From Cetorhinus maximus (Eukaryota), in NCBI RefSeq assembly GCF_964194155.1, contig NC_135900.1, positions 58,280,001-58,344,000 on the forward strand: a DNA stretch of 64,000 nt, written 5' to 3'. Under the pieces are notes generated by a model. That model was not told the DNA's origin. It worked only from the letters and a program-made list of their open reading frames with translations, and searched no databases. Both the position numbers and the translations under genes were made by a program. This document shows, piece by piece, positions 1 through 12,899 of the stretch (its first letter is position 1; every line of letters begins with the position of its first letter).

Positions 1-110
1 CTTTTAGTCCCACTTGCAAACCCCTTCTCCGTATTTCTCATTTTCCAAGTATCTATCTCGCTTTTAAACACTTGAATTGACTCTGTGCAGCAGTAAAATA
101 ATATACTTTA

Positions 111-246
111 TTATCCTAGAAAATTGTGCAAGTTTTTAGTAGTAAGTAAAAATTAAGTTTAAGATATTATATAGTCAGTTATCCTAGAAAATTGTGCAAG
201 TTTTTAGTAGGAAGTAAAAGTTAAGTTTAAGATATTTTATAGTCAG
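111..246. repeat. 68-bp tandem duplication (2 copies)
   Basis: ttatcctagaaaattgtgcaagtttttagtag...tatagtcag occurs at 111 and again at 179 with few mismatches. Confidence 0.9.
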
Positions 247-252
247 TTTTAC

Positions 253-439
253 CTGAAGGTGACTCAGCATTATCATATTTTATGGGTCTTGTATCGGATG
301 TTCCAACTGCTGGCTCTACAGGAGGACCCTCTTCTGACACTTCTTGAACTTCTGTGGCTTGGTCAGAAGGGTTCTCCTCTTTCTCAGGTGCATTGCTTTG
401 TTCTTTCGCTTCCTGGATGTGGCTGTCATTTTCTGCCAT
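253..439 (-). CDS. IQUB: Probable first coding exon of IQUB (IQ motif and ubiquitin domain-containing ciliary protein); acidic low-complexity N-terminus; gene continues left of the window
   Basis: The exon spans 253-443. Acceptor ctttctattttatgtag|ACAA is followed by ATG at 439, ORF MAENDSHIQEAKEQ...NAESPS, and a phase-1 donor G|gtaaaa. Identity is inferred from position and orientation next to NDUFA5 and ASB15, not from a recognisable domain. Confidence 0.6.
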
Positions 440-504
440 TTGTCTACATAAAATAGAAAGGTTAAATCCTTAAGACAACACTTAAGTGCTGAGTGCAGCC
501 TGAT

Positions 505-1015
505 TTTTTTTTCTTTATTCACTCATAGGATGTGGGTATTGCTTTTTACCAGTCTTTAATTGCCTTTCAGAAGTTGATGGTGAGCCACCTTCTTGAACCA
601 TTGCAGTTCCTGTGGTGAAGCTACACCCACAGAGCTATTAGGGATGAAGTTCCAGGATTTTGACCCAGCAATGGTGAAGGAACGGCAAGACATTACCAAA
701 TCAGGAATGTGTGTGTCTTGGAGATGAACTACAGGTGGTGGTGTCCCATGTGCCTTTTGACCTTGTTCTTCCAAGTGGTAGAGGCTGCAGATTTGAAATG
801 TCCTGTTGAAGAAGCATTGGCGAGTTCCTGCAGCGCATCTCATCGATGTTGCACATTACAGCCACAGTGCGCCGGTGGTGGAGGGAAGTGAATGTGGTGG
901 ATGGGGTACCAATCAAGTGGGATGCTTTGACCTGGATGGTGTCAAGCTTTGAGAGTTTGGAGCTGCATTCGTCCAGGCAAGGGGAGACTATTCTATCTTA
1001 CTCCTGGCTTGACCT
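505..1015 (-). mobile_element. CR1-group LINE 3' fragment with poly-A-like end
   Basis: T-tract and tttattcactcat tail; closely similar to 20850-21530; boundaries approximate. Confidence 0.6.
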
Positions 1016-1545
1016 GCCTGAGGATAAACTTGTCAATTCATCTAATGGCACAGTGCCTTTAAAATGTAGAAAGGAGGAATAACCTCCCCAAACCAGACAT
1101 CTTTAATCATATATTTCCACTGGGATGAAATCCTGCAAGGCCTATTCCAAATACGAATCTTCTTCTACATGTGTTTCATATGTTGCAGCAGAGATTACAC
1201 TTCAAGAGTGCTTCATTAAAGTACTTCATTTACTTTAGTAAAGTGCTTTGGTTCATTCTAACATTCTAAGGTCATGGAAGTTATATAAATGCAAGTTTTT
1301 TTTCTTTGTTAATTCTTTTCAAAGCTAATGGATGTTAGTAGCATTACTATCTCAAGTTAGTGTGCAGGTATCTCACCAGTGCTATAGAATCTTGGGTTTG
1401 GATATCATACCAAGAAAAATCTTTATTCCACTGATGGAATGTCCTAAACTCAGTCTCCTCTTTACTCTTTAAAGGGCAGGAATTTGACAGCAGCGGCCAG
1501 AAGGCTCCAAGGCCAAGAATCTGTTTGGATAGGAGAGAAAACATA

Positions 1546-1645
1546 GGCCAGGATTTTCCAGCCCCGTCGCGGATGGGATCCGCTGTGGGCGAGGCGGCGC
1601 CCCAGTCAGAAGTTCAGCGGCAGGCGAGTGTGGAAAATCCCACCC
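1546..1645. mobile_element. 100-bp Harbinger/Tourist-type MITE
   Basis: TIRs ggccaggattttcca / tggaaaatcccaccc; 3-bp TSD ATA on both sides; GC-rich interior. Confidence 0.8.
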
Positions 1646-2089
1646 ATAACTTATGACTTCTCTTTAGTTGACCTGTCATTCACCCCAGGCCTTCTCAATG
1701 GAGGGGGTTTCCGTTGCAAACCCAATGACATTTTTGGGAAACCCTCGTGACTGGGTATTTCATGGCCAAGAAAAACATGTTACAGAAAGTCCCCTCTTCC
1801 TTCACATACATGTCATTGCTGGACCTGCACCTACTGCAGACACACGCCCAGCTCCATGTCTCCAAGGAAACTCAAGAAATGATGCAGCGCGGCAAGGCAA
1901 GGAGGGCCAGAGGTTTCTTCATATGGGACTCTTCCCCTTACTCCTAAACTTCATACCAAGGAATAGACATTCCCCAGGGGAAGTTAGGAAGATTAATTAT
2001 TGTTTAACAGCTGCAATATTGGAGCTTGGAGTTTAGATGACCTGACACACCCATTTTTGCTCTCACATAACCCTGACCTCATACCTATG

Positions 2090-3160
2090 TTACAATCATA
2101 GAATGATACAGCACAGAAGGAACCCATTTGACCCATTGTACTTCTGCCAGATCTCTCAAAGAACTATCCAATTAGACCCACTCCATTCTCCTTTCCCCAT
2201 AGCCCTTCAAATGATTCTCCCTGGAGTATTTATCTGATTCTCTTTTGAAAGTTATTGTTGAATCTGCGTCCGCTATCTTTCCAGGCAGTGCATTCCAGAT
2301 CATAAAAACTCACTGCATAAAAAAAAATTCTCAGATTGTCTTCAGTTCTTCTGTCAATTACCTTAAATCGGTGTCTTCCAGTTACTGACTCACCATATCA
2401 AAACCCTTCATGGTTTTGAACACCTCTGTTAAATCTCCCCTGCTCTAAAGAAGAACAACCCCAACTTCTCTAGTCTCTCCACATAGAGAAGTCCCGCACC
2501 CCTGGTATCATTCTAGTGAATTTCTTCTACATCTTCTCTCTGTCCTTGACATCCTTCATAAAGTGTGGTGCTCAGAACTGGATATAATCTCCAACTTGAG
2601 GCTAATCAATGATTTATAAATATTTAGCATAAATTTCTTACTTATTCTATTCCATGGCTCTATTTATAAAGCTAAGGATCCCACACGTTTTTAACAACCC
2701 TCTTAACTTGTCCTGCCATCCAGGATTCGTGTACATATACCCCAGGTTTCCACTCTTGCACCACCTTTGAAATTGTAGCATTTGGTTCATATTGCCTCTC
2801 CTCATTTTTCCTACCAAAATACATCACTTCACACTTCCCTATGTTAAATTCCACCTGCCATGCATCTCTCCATTTTACCAATTTATCTATGGCTTCCTGA
2901 AGTCCGTTGCTATTGTCCTCACTACATTTCTGAGTTTCGTGGCATCTGCAAACTTTAAAATTATACCTGTACACCCAAATTCAGGACATCAATAAATATC
3001 TAAAATAATCCTAATAATAACTCCTTGGGGACTCCACTGTTTACACCCCTCCACCAGTGTGAAAAACAACTGATCACCACTATTCTCTGCTTTCTGTTTC
3101 TTAACCAATTTGATATGCGCGTTGTCACTACCCATTGAATCTAATAGGCTTCAGTTTTGC
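2090..3160 (-). mobile_element. CR1-type LINE ORF2 3' fragment (decayed)
   Basis: ORF 2672-2974 LQEAIDKLVKWRDAWQVEFNIGKCEVMYFGRKN is typical of the CR1 RT C-terminal region. Confidence 0.8.
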
Positions 3161-3765
3161 TAATACGATAATGAAAGGAAAGAATTAGAGAAATTAGTTA
3201 AGCTAGAGGGGGGCATAGCTGCAGAAACTGATCAGATACATCTGAAATTCTTGAAAGCTATAAGGATGAAATAGACAATGCCTTAGAGGTTTGATTTCAG
3301 AGAGTGGATGCATGCTCAACTATTGGAGAGTGACAAATGTTATACTGATTTACAAAAGGGATACAGAGCTAAACTAGATAATTTACGAGTTATTTGGTTT
3401 AACATCAATGGATATTAATTTTAGGAATCTGTAATTAAATATCAAAATGGATGAAGTGTTTAGCCTGTCGTTATTTTTAACACAATTCTGTCCCTAACAA
3501 CCCAAGTCATACCCTGCTGTCGCCCTATTTTACTGGCTCGTGTCCTTCCCACCCATCTTAGCCCCAACATTTGATTACCCCATTAGATCCTAACCATCGT
3601 CCCACCTCCAACATATTCCCAATCACCGCCAAATCATTGCATGTGTCAGGCCTGTCCTCAGCCAAAGGCCATTTTATTTTTTAAAATCAGCTGATATATT
3701 TTCAAATTTTCAGATGATCGTTTGTTGCCCAGATACCTGACTTCATGGGATCAGATCAGAGCACC

Positions 3766-5435
3766 TGTTATGACTGCAGCCGATGTTATTCAATGAGCCA
3801 GCCAAATCCCAGAGGGAAACTTGTCTTACTGATCATAACTTTTTTATTATATTATGAATACGAGGGGAAAACTACTGATCCCAAAAACATAGAATCCCAA
3901 TAACACTTTTAGAATTTTAAAATTAAAAGATTTATTAACAAGAAGAAAAAATACTTAAACACACAAGATTAAAATTACACAGTTAAAACAGCCTTACAAA
4001 ACATTCCCCACACTTGGTCAGAACACACAAGTAAACTACTTAGCAATAGCTCCCTTATAGATTTTACCCATAAAAATCCAGTAATATTACCCAAGACAAT
4101 AACTGCTGCTACTTTAATAAAGTATACCACACGACTTCTCACTCTCTTCCACTGTGCTGTGGAAAACAGAAGGAAGTTCAGAAACAGACTGCTTTCTGGA
4201 AACAAAGGGGAAAATTTTTCCTATAGTGGGCTGGCTGGGTGGGAGCGGGTGCGGAACCAATTGCTGCCCGTGATCAGCTGCGCACCGCCACTTTATGCGG
4301 GTGGGCCAGTTAAGGTTCGTCCAGCGTAACACACGGCTGGTAGCGTTCAGCGCTAACGGTGCGGGCGGGGGGAGGAGGGAGAGTCGGGGCCTACACTAGC
4401 TGTCTCAGGGAGTTTGAATGGTTGTGAAAACTTTTTAATAAATGAAGTGAAAATTTATTTAAACATTTCCCTTCGTGTGACAGTGTCATATGATCTGGGA
4501 CATGCTTGTGAAGTAAGTAAAATTTATTTATTTATTTTATAAAACCTTCAGGAAACCTCATCCCGCCCGTGGATGAGGTTTCCTGAAAAACTCAAAGGCC
4601 GCTTGGGCTCTTCGCCTGCCCGCCAACCTGAAGGTTGGACAGCCAGTGCTGTTAACAAAATAAATTACTTTTTTTAATGGCCTTAATAGGCCGTTGACAG
4701 TTTAGTGGGCGCGCAGCTGCCTCCGGTGCGCGACCACCAAACAAAATATTGAAAAGACGTGCAATGACATCGGGACGCACGCTCGACATTATCGCGCTTC
4801 ATTTTACATGTCGGCATGTCGGGCCCGCCCCCACACACTGACGGCAATATTCTGCCCAAAGACTTCTCTGCCTTGAAACTGGATGGCTGCTTCAAATTCA
4901 CAACCTTTCTCAGCACAGAGCTGGTCTCAGGACATCTCCCCTACATAGCCAACACAACTCAACTAAACATCTTTCCTTAAATATTCTTTTTCCCTTTGAT
5001 CTTAGACTCCACTTTTCTAAGCACCTCTTTGAACTCAATTTCTCCAAAAAAATCTTTCATGTTTTCCTATTGCCTCCACTCTCGGGTAAAATAAAATTTA
5101 ATAACCTTCCCTTGTTTACCTACGAAACCTTTGTAAGTTTTAAAAGTCCCTTGTCACTTCTAAGCTCCCTTTGAAAGTTAGCAGCTGAAAAGTCAAGCCC
5201 TTCCCTATCATCTAATGCAAATTTTAATACCCAACCTATTTACTCGTACATTCAGCTTCACCATAGCCTCTACATTACAAATGCATACATCTAGCACCTT
5301 TATCTTTCATCTCTCTGCTCCCACAGACAAGCTGTCTTTATTAACCTTCCCCCAATTTAATCACATGCTCGCATGCGCGCACCCACACCTTAACAGAATT
5401 CCACCATGTTGCCAAAAATAACATCCAACTTCATA
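3766..5435 (-). mobile_element. 3' LTR of the Gmr1-like element, interrupted by a MITE
   Basis: Starts tgttatga at 3766 and shares aaatcccagagggaaacttg with the solo LTRs at 9858 and 47209. The inner end lies at about 5423-5435, next to a purine tract (gagggagg on minus) consistent with a PPT. Confidence 0.65.
4207..4857. mobile_element. ~650-bp non-autonomous Harbinger-derived MITE, copy 1
   Basis: Termini ggggaaaattttt / aatattctgccc; TSD AAA; homologous to 49370-50033 and 63326-64000. Confidence 0.85.
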
Positions 5436-8400
5436 CCTCCCTCAATGGAAAAAAATGAAGCATCATATTTCAAAGACATTTTCTCAATCCATTTCATCTT
5501 ACTTATTATACTTATCAAAAAAAAAACTTACACTATGGTGTACATGCATCAACCATGAAAATATATAGAATTCTTTCGTAAGAATAAAGTTTATTCCAGT
5601 CCATTCTCAATTTCTGAACATCCAAGTCCTTTTGAACTTAAGCTCTTGACAACGCATCTGCAATTAAATTCTATCGTCCAGCCACCAAGTATGATTTTTA
5701 ATTTGAACAATTGCAATGATAAACTCCACTGGAACAGTCTGGCGGTTTTATCTCAAAACTTTTCCAGAAACTTCAAAGGATTTGGTCCATATATACAACT
5801 GTCTCTGAAGAATTGTTTGCAACATAAACTTCAAAATGCTGCAATGCTAAAACCAAACTTAGTTTCTTTTTCTATAGTTGAATATTTCTTCTGATGCACA
5901 TTCAACTTCTGTGAGAAATATCCCATTGGTTTCTCAAGTCCCAGTTCATCTTCCTGCAGCAACATAGCACCAACACCCAGATCACTGGTGTCAACGGCCA
6001 TTTTAAACTGCTTTGTATAATCAGGTGCTGCTCGAACCGTTGTAGTGGTTAGTACAGCTTTCAAGCTGTCAAATGCAGTCTGACACTCCTGTGGTCCATT
6101 GGAATCTCCTGTTCTTTTTTAATAAATCAATCAGTGGAGCAACTACATGAATTTCCAATAAAATCCACTCATGCCCAAAATCTCAAAACTTCCCGTTTCG
6201 TTGTAGCCACTGGGAACTCTACAATAACTTTTACTTTCGCATCTTGTGGGGTTACTTGACCAGGTTCAACAGTGTGGCCTAAATATGTAATTTTCACTTT
6301 TGCAAATTCACTTATAGCCAAATTTATCACCAAATTAGCTTCCGGTAATCAGTCAAACAGTCCCTTTAAATGTCGTAGATGTTCCTACCAGGTTTGACTG
6401 AATACTACTAAGTCATCAATATAGACAGCACAATTGTCCAGTCCTTCAATCACTTTGTTAGTCTCTGAAATATTGCTAGTACATTTTTCATACCGAATGG
6501 CATACTTTTGATTCATATAAACCAGCTGACGTCAGAAAAGCTGATATCTCTTTTGCTCTTCCGATAAATGCCCTCACAGCAAGTCAATTTTTGTGATAAA
6601 TGCGGACTGTCCAACTCTTTCGATACAATCCTCCAATCGTGGAATAGGATATGAATCTGACTTTGTTACTGTGTTTACTTTGTGCTAATCAATACATAGT
6701 CTTCATGATCCATCCAGTTTTGGCGCCATTACAATGGGTGAACTTCAATTACTGTGACTGGGCTCTATGATGTCATTTTCAAGCATAAATTCAATTTCTT
6801 TCTGCATAAGCCAATTTTACTGGAATTATTCAATATGTGTGAAACTGAAACCCCCACATCAACATCACGTAAAGCCAAAGCTGTTTTCCCTGGTCTATTT
6901 CCACAAATTGCTTTGTGTGACTGCAACAGCATTTGTAGATCACTTTGGCAGTTTTCTGGAAGGTAACTTAATGTCACATTTAGAATTTAAGTACTTCCTC
7001 AATATTCAATTCAATCAGAAGGTCAATTTCAGAATCCTTAATTTCTGTTTCCTCTTCCCTACCCACCACCACCAGTATCTCCTTCTATTTATCCTCTCTA
7101 TCAAAGTACTTTTTTTAGCATGTTTACATGGCACGCCAATTGACTCTTTCTTCTATCTGGGGTATTCACTGCATAGTTTACCTCATTTAAGTCTCTTTTC
7201 GATCTGGTAAGGTCCGCTAAACCTTGCCTTCAACAGTTTGCCTGACATTGGCAACAATACCAACATTTTTTTCCCCAGCCACAAAGCTACAAGCCTTTGC
7301 CCTTTATTCCGCATTTGCCTTCATCACTTTTGTGATATCTTTAAATGTTCCATAGCTATCTCACATGCCCTACTCAATCATTCGTCCCATAATCCAGGAG
7401 AGTCTTTTCAGAACTTTGACTCACTAATTTCTCCTGAATCAACTTGAGTGGGCCCCTTACTTCATGAGCATAAATTAACTCGAAAGGAATGAAGCCTGTT
7501 GACTCATTAGAGATGCCCCTAATAGCAAACAACAAGAATGGAATCCCTTGATCCCAATCATGTGGGTTGTCTTGACTATATGCTTTCATCGTAGTCTTTA
7601 ACGTTAGATGCCACCTTTCTATGGCACCTTGTGAGTCAGGGTGATAGACTGACAACCTAAATTGCTTTATTCTTAGGCTGTTCATTACTTCTTTAAACAG
7701 CTGTGATATGAAACTTGAACCATGGTCCAACTATATTTCTTTTGGTAACCCATATCTTGTAAGGAATTTGGTCAACTCTTCTATAATTACCTTTGCTGTG
7801 ATTTTCTTTAAAGGTATTGCTTCTGGAAATCTCATGCACACATCCATGATTGTCAGTAGATACTGATTTCCATTTTTAGTCTTAGGGAGGGGTCCTACAC
7901 AATCAATCAGGACCCTGTTAAAAGGTTCCTCAAATGCTGGAATTGAAATTAAAGATGCAGGTTTAATTACTGCTTGAGGTTTTTCTATCACTTGACATGT
8001 GTGGCACGTTTGACAGACTTTAACTACATCTTCATGTAGTCCAGGCCAATAAAAATGTTTTTTGTATCTTAGCTTGAGTTTTCCTAATTACCAAATATCC
8101 AGCCATTGGAATTTCATGAGCCATTCTCAAAATGTAATTCCGGTACCCAGATGGAGTCACTACTTGGTGCACTATCAACCATTTTTCATCTGCCAGGACA
8201 TGAGGTGGTCTCCATTTCCTCGTTAACACATTGTTTTTAAGGTAATAACATTCTGGAATTTATACTGCTTCTGTTTCAGAATAAGCTGTCTGGTATAACT
8301 GTTTTAAGTCTGGATCCTGCTGCCATAACTCCACTAACTTCAAGGAATTAAAAACCTCAGCCTCATCCTTTCCAACCTTCTCACCCTGATTAATCTTTTC

Positions 8401-11400
8401 AAAGATAGATCCAGCCAACTGAGGTTCAGTATCATCCCCCTGTCTCTTTGATTCTCCCTCTTCCTGTTTAAGTTTATGTATCTGAGGCCTCGTCACCACA
8501 CAATTTGGAAATGATCCAGGATGCTCCTTCTGTAAAACCTCTGTTGATTGCATCTCAACAGGCTCCTCTACTACAGTAGGCATAATCAATATTTGCGTTC
8601 CAACTATATAATTTCCTAGAATAAGTAGGTAATAGGCAATTTCTCTACCACTCCAACAATCACCACTCCAACAATCACCACTCCAACAATCACTTTTTAA
8701 ATTTAGTTTAAACTTGAGCCCCCATGAATTCCACTAACTAACGCTTTCTCCTGCAAAACTCTTCTGGACAACAGGTGGCACTATTCCATAACATTAATGA
8801 CTGGCTATCTCCTGGATCTCCTAAGATCTCAAGAGTTTTCCTGCTCTTCCCTTAAAATATGAATATACTTCCCTTTGCATATAAAATCTTTAAACATCTC
8901 TGTAACTTGCCCTTCAGAGCTTCTTTGAGTAGGTTGCAAACACATTCCCACCTCTCTGGCTAATACTGTTCTTCCTTTTTCACTTGTAGAAAGGCTACTG
9001 GTCTGTCTTGCACTTGGGACTCAGAGCCCACAGCACTTTTCCTTACAGAACTCTTCTGAGTTTCTGTCACTGCAATCAGTTTCCCATTTAACCTCCAAAA
9101 TTTGATCTTGTATATCCAGCCTTGTTACAATGGTAACATATTACTTTTCTTCCTTTAACTTTGCCTTCTACCTTTCCATCTTTAACAGACTGGTGTACTT
9201 CAACTGGCTCCTTATTACTAACACTTTTACCATCATTAGGTTTTCTATACCTCCAATTTCCTTGCTGAGCCCCATATAATCCTTTTCCTATACTCTCATG
9301 TCTGTGTGAAATATCATAAGTATCAGCTAAAACAGCAGCTTTCCTGACCTTTTTACTTTGTCTTTCATCGAATTATGTCTTGATAGTTACTGGAATATTA
9401 TTTCTAAATTCTTTCATAATCTCTCTTACATTTTCAAAAGTCCTGTCTAACTTTAATGCCCAAAACCATTGATCCCAGAGAGTTTCTTTTTCTCTTGCAA
9501 ACTCTACAAATGTCTGATTAGGTCTCTTTCTTACAGTCCTAGACTTCAACTGATAAGCTTCAGCAACAAGTTCATAAATGCTTAGCATTGCCTTTTTAGT
9601 ACCTGTTAATCTGCAGATTATTCCTCTGATAAACTAGCATACACAGTCATTGCTGTACCTGACAAAACACTAACATTATAGTCCAAGCATCTCTTGGCCA
9701 ATAGCTATCTATCATAGCTATCTTTTCAAATGAGGTGAAATATCTTTCTACTCCATCCTTCGTAAATTTAGGCACTAACCAAAGATTTTTAGTTGAATAT
9801 AATTCCTCAAAGGAATCAAAGTCACCGTCTGAATCACTATCTCTCCTTTCTTCACTTTGTTATGGCAGAGCGGTTGGTAAAGGCTGAGCTGCTCAAATCC
9901 CAGAGGGAAACTTGAAACAACTGCCAAAACTGTTATGCAATTCGTATTTTATTTCAAGATGCGTGCCTTGAATTCAGTAGTAATATGTCCACTGAGTCTT
10001 AGAGGGTTTTTACAAAACTAAATTAAACATTTATTAAGAGAAGAAAAGACTTTAAACAGATACATAGGTCTACAAATTACCATAATAACTCCAAATCCCC
10101 TAATTAATCTGACTCCCAGTTACACCTCCGTTAAGGCAACAGTAAAAACAAATAAATTTCAACAGACTCAGGCAAAGCACCCAATATCCTGGACAGTGAT
10201 ATTCACAGTGAGTCTTCTTAGCTTCGGTTCCTGTAGACAGCAGCTTGATGCATAGAGGCTGAAGACTTTTCACACTTGTTAGATCTTAGAATTCCTTCTC
10301 CCTTACACATAACCTCATCTCCCTTATACATGTTCCTCCCTTTTTAATGTAAATTCCATTGTTTCAATATGTCTTTGCAAATTTACTTTTCTCATAATAT
10401 AAATTGTTCATGGTACTCATGTTATCAGTAACCTTTGGGAAAAATAAACACACTGTTTGGCGTAACATCTTATGGCTAGGTGTAACATCTTACCATCCCT
10501 TTGAAATTTAAACTAACCTAATTTATCTAAAAATGCAAACGTTCCTCACACCTCACACTCTAAAACTTCAGCCATGTTTACATATTTAGCATTTCAAACC
10601 TAGCTTCCCTTTTGATAACTCAAAAGCTTCAGACCAGCTGCCTCCAATTTAATTAAATCCACCACACACACATCCAGAGAAACTAATCCAAACCGCACTA
10701 TTAACCTACCTTTACAATAATCACAATAATATTATGAAAATTATATTTCCATGACACCTTCTTCTAAGTTTTTCCCTAGTCAGTGCTCCTTCTCTCTGAT
10801 ACTCAAGCTCAAGCTTTCGCAATTGCACTTCTTGCGCTTTTTTTCTTTTTCTTGCTCCTCTTTTTCCCATTGAAGCTTTTTCATTTCCATTTCTTTCAAT
10901 CTATCCCTTTCTTTTTCTTTCTCCTTTCTTTCTAACTCAAGTTTTTTTCATTTCTCTTTCTCTTCCAGTTCAATTCTTTTCATCCTTCTTTCTCTCTTTC
11001 CTACAGTTCAGGTTTTTGTCCATTTCCATTTCTTTTTCCAGTTCAAGCTTCTGCTTTTCCCTATCTCTTCCTATATCAAGCTGTTTCATTTGCAAGTGAA
11101 GTCTTACTAATTCCAGCTGTGACACACTAGTTTCAGATGTCTCTTCCAACTTTGAATGCTGAGCAAGTACTTTAATTATATCAGTCTTATGGAATTCTGC
11201 TTTTATTTCTATCTGCACTTTGTCTGCTAATTCTCTCAACTGAGTTTTAGTCAGAGATTTCAAATACTCCACAGTCACATCTTCCAAGCCCAGGAAAATC
11301 ATAGCAACGGCCAAAGACACTTTGCAGTCCAACCACTTCATAGTTCCTCAACACAAAACTCCTAAGTTCAGTATTCTCCTCGTACTCGTATCTTTTGGAC

Positions 11401-11430
11401 TCACAAATTCCAAACCAATTAAAGAACTGA
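5436..11430 (-). mobile_element. Decayed Ty3/gypsy LTR retrotransposon internal region, Gmr1-like (integrase upstream of RT)
   Basis: Minus-strand order: coiled-coil gag (11341-10970); SCAN-like YELVAEAYQLK..VEFAREKE (9588-9373); degenerate knuckle CYHCNKAG (~9100-9140); integrase PFNRVLIDCVGPLP/RFPEAIPL/YHPDSQGAIER (7991-7374); GPY motif ARFSGPYQI (~7201-7228); RT YIDD (~6412-6423); RNase H AVDTSDLGVGAMLLQ..YSTIEKE (6064-5831). Many stops and frameshifts. Confidence 0.9.
9858..10756. mobile_element. Solo LTR inserted in the gag region of the Gmr1-like element
   Basis: tgttatgg...ccatgaca termini; flanks actt/cctt (3 of 4 match); homologous along its length to 47209-48096. Confidence 0.8.
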
Positions 11431-11431
11431 T

Positions 11432-12840
11432 TGACACAGCCCCAGCTATCCGTGGAGCCCTGAGTGACACAGCCTCAGTTATCCCTGCAGCCCTGAGTGA
11501 CACAGCTCCAGATATCCCTGCAGCCCTGAGTGACACAGGCCCAGATATCCCTGCAGCCCTGAGTGACACAGGCCCAGGTATCCCTGCAGCCCTGAGTGAC
11601 ACAGGCCCAGATATCCCTGCAGCCCTGAGTGACACAGGCCCAGATATCCCTGCAGCCCTGAGTGACACAGGCCCAGATATCCCTGCAGTCCTGAGTGACA
11701 CAGGCCCAGGTATCCCTGCAGCCCTGAGTGACACAGGCCCAGATATCTCTAGAGCCCTGAGTAACACAGCCCCAGATATCCCTGGAGCCCCGAGTGACAC
11801 AGCCCCAGATATCCCTGGTATCCTGAGTGACACAGCCCCAGATATCCCCAGAGTCCCGAGTGACACAGCCCCAGATATCCCCGGTGTCCTGAGTGACACA
11901 GCCCCAAATATCCCCGGTGTCCTGAGTGACACAGCCCCAGATATCCCTGCAGCCCTGAGTGACACAGCCCCAGATAGCCCCAGAGTCCTGAGTGATACAG
12001 CCCCAGATAGCCCCACAGTCCTGAGTGACACAGCCCCAGATATCCCTGCAGTCCTGAGTGACACAGCCCCAGATAGCCCCAGAGTCCTGAGTGATACAGC
12101 CCCAGAATCCTGAGTGACAGCCCCAGATATCCCTGCAGCCCTGAGTGACACAGCCCCAGATATCCCTGCAGCCCTGAGTGACACAACCCCAGATATCCCT
12201 GCAGCCCTGAGTGACACAGCCCCAGATAGCCCCGGTGTCCTGAGTGACACAGCCCCAGATATCCCTGCAGCCCTGAGTGACACAGCCCCAGATATCCCCG
12301 GTGTCCTGAGTGACACAGCCCCAAATATCCCCAGAGTCCTGAGTGACACAGCCCCAGATATCCCCGGTGTCCTGAGTGACACAGCCCCAGATATCCCCAG
12401 AGTCCTGAGTGATACAGCCCCAGATATCCCCAGAGTCCTGAGTGACACAGCCCCAGATATCCCCGGTGTCCTGAGTGACACAGCCCCAGATATCCCCAGA
12501 GTCCTGAGTGACACAGCCCCAGATATCCCCAGAGTCCTGAGTGACACAGCCCCAGATAGCCCCGGTGTCCTGAGTGACACAGCCCCAGATATCCCCAGAG
12601 TCCTGAGTGACACAGCCCCAGATATCCCCAGAGTCCTGAGTGACACAGCCCCAGATATCCCCAGAGTCCTGAGTGATACAGCCCCAGATATCCCCAGAGT
12701 CCTGAGTGATACAGCCCCAGGCCACAGCTCTCTGCAGCCCTGAGTGACACAGGCCCAGATATCCCCAGAGTCCTGAGTGACACAGCCCCAGGCCACAGCT
12801 CTCTGCAGCCCTGAGTGACACAGCCCCGGATATCCCCGGT
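11432..12840. repeat. 33-bp GC-rich minisatellite (~42 units)
   Basis: Unit ctgagtgacacagccccagatatccctgcagcc with variants (cagagtc, cggtgtc, gatagc); head-to-tail with no unique spacers. Confidence 0.97.
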
Positions 12841-12899
12841 GACTTGAGGTGAGACAATCCCAAAGCAGCGACCAAACTACAAATAACCTGGAACTTGAC

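Noticed and set aside
8647-8693. Three copies of a 15-bp repeat (accactccaacaatc)
   Set aside because: Local slippage inside the dead retroelement's protease region
11432-12840. CRISPR-like periodic array
   Set aside because: Units are head-to-tail with only a few recurring variants and no unique spacers; no cas genes; vertebrate context
11322-12875. Mucin-like or Cys/Trp-repeat proteins from the 33-mer
   Set aside because: Open on both strands only because the unit is a multiple of 3 and has few stops
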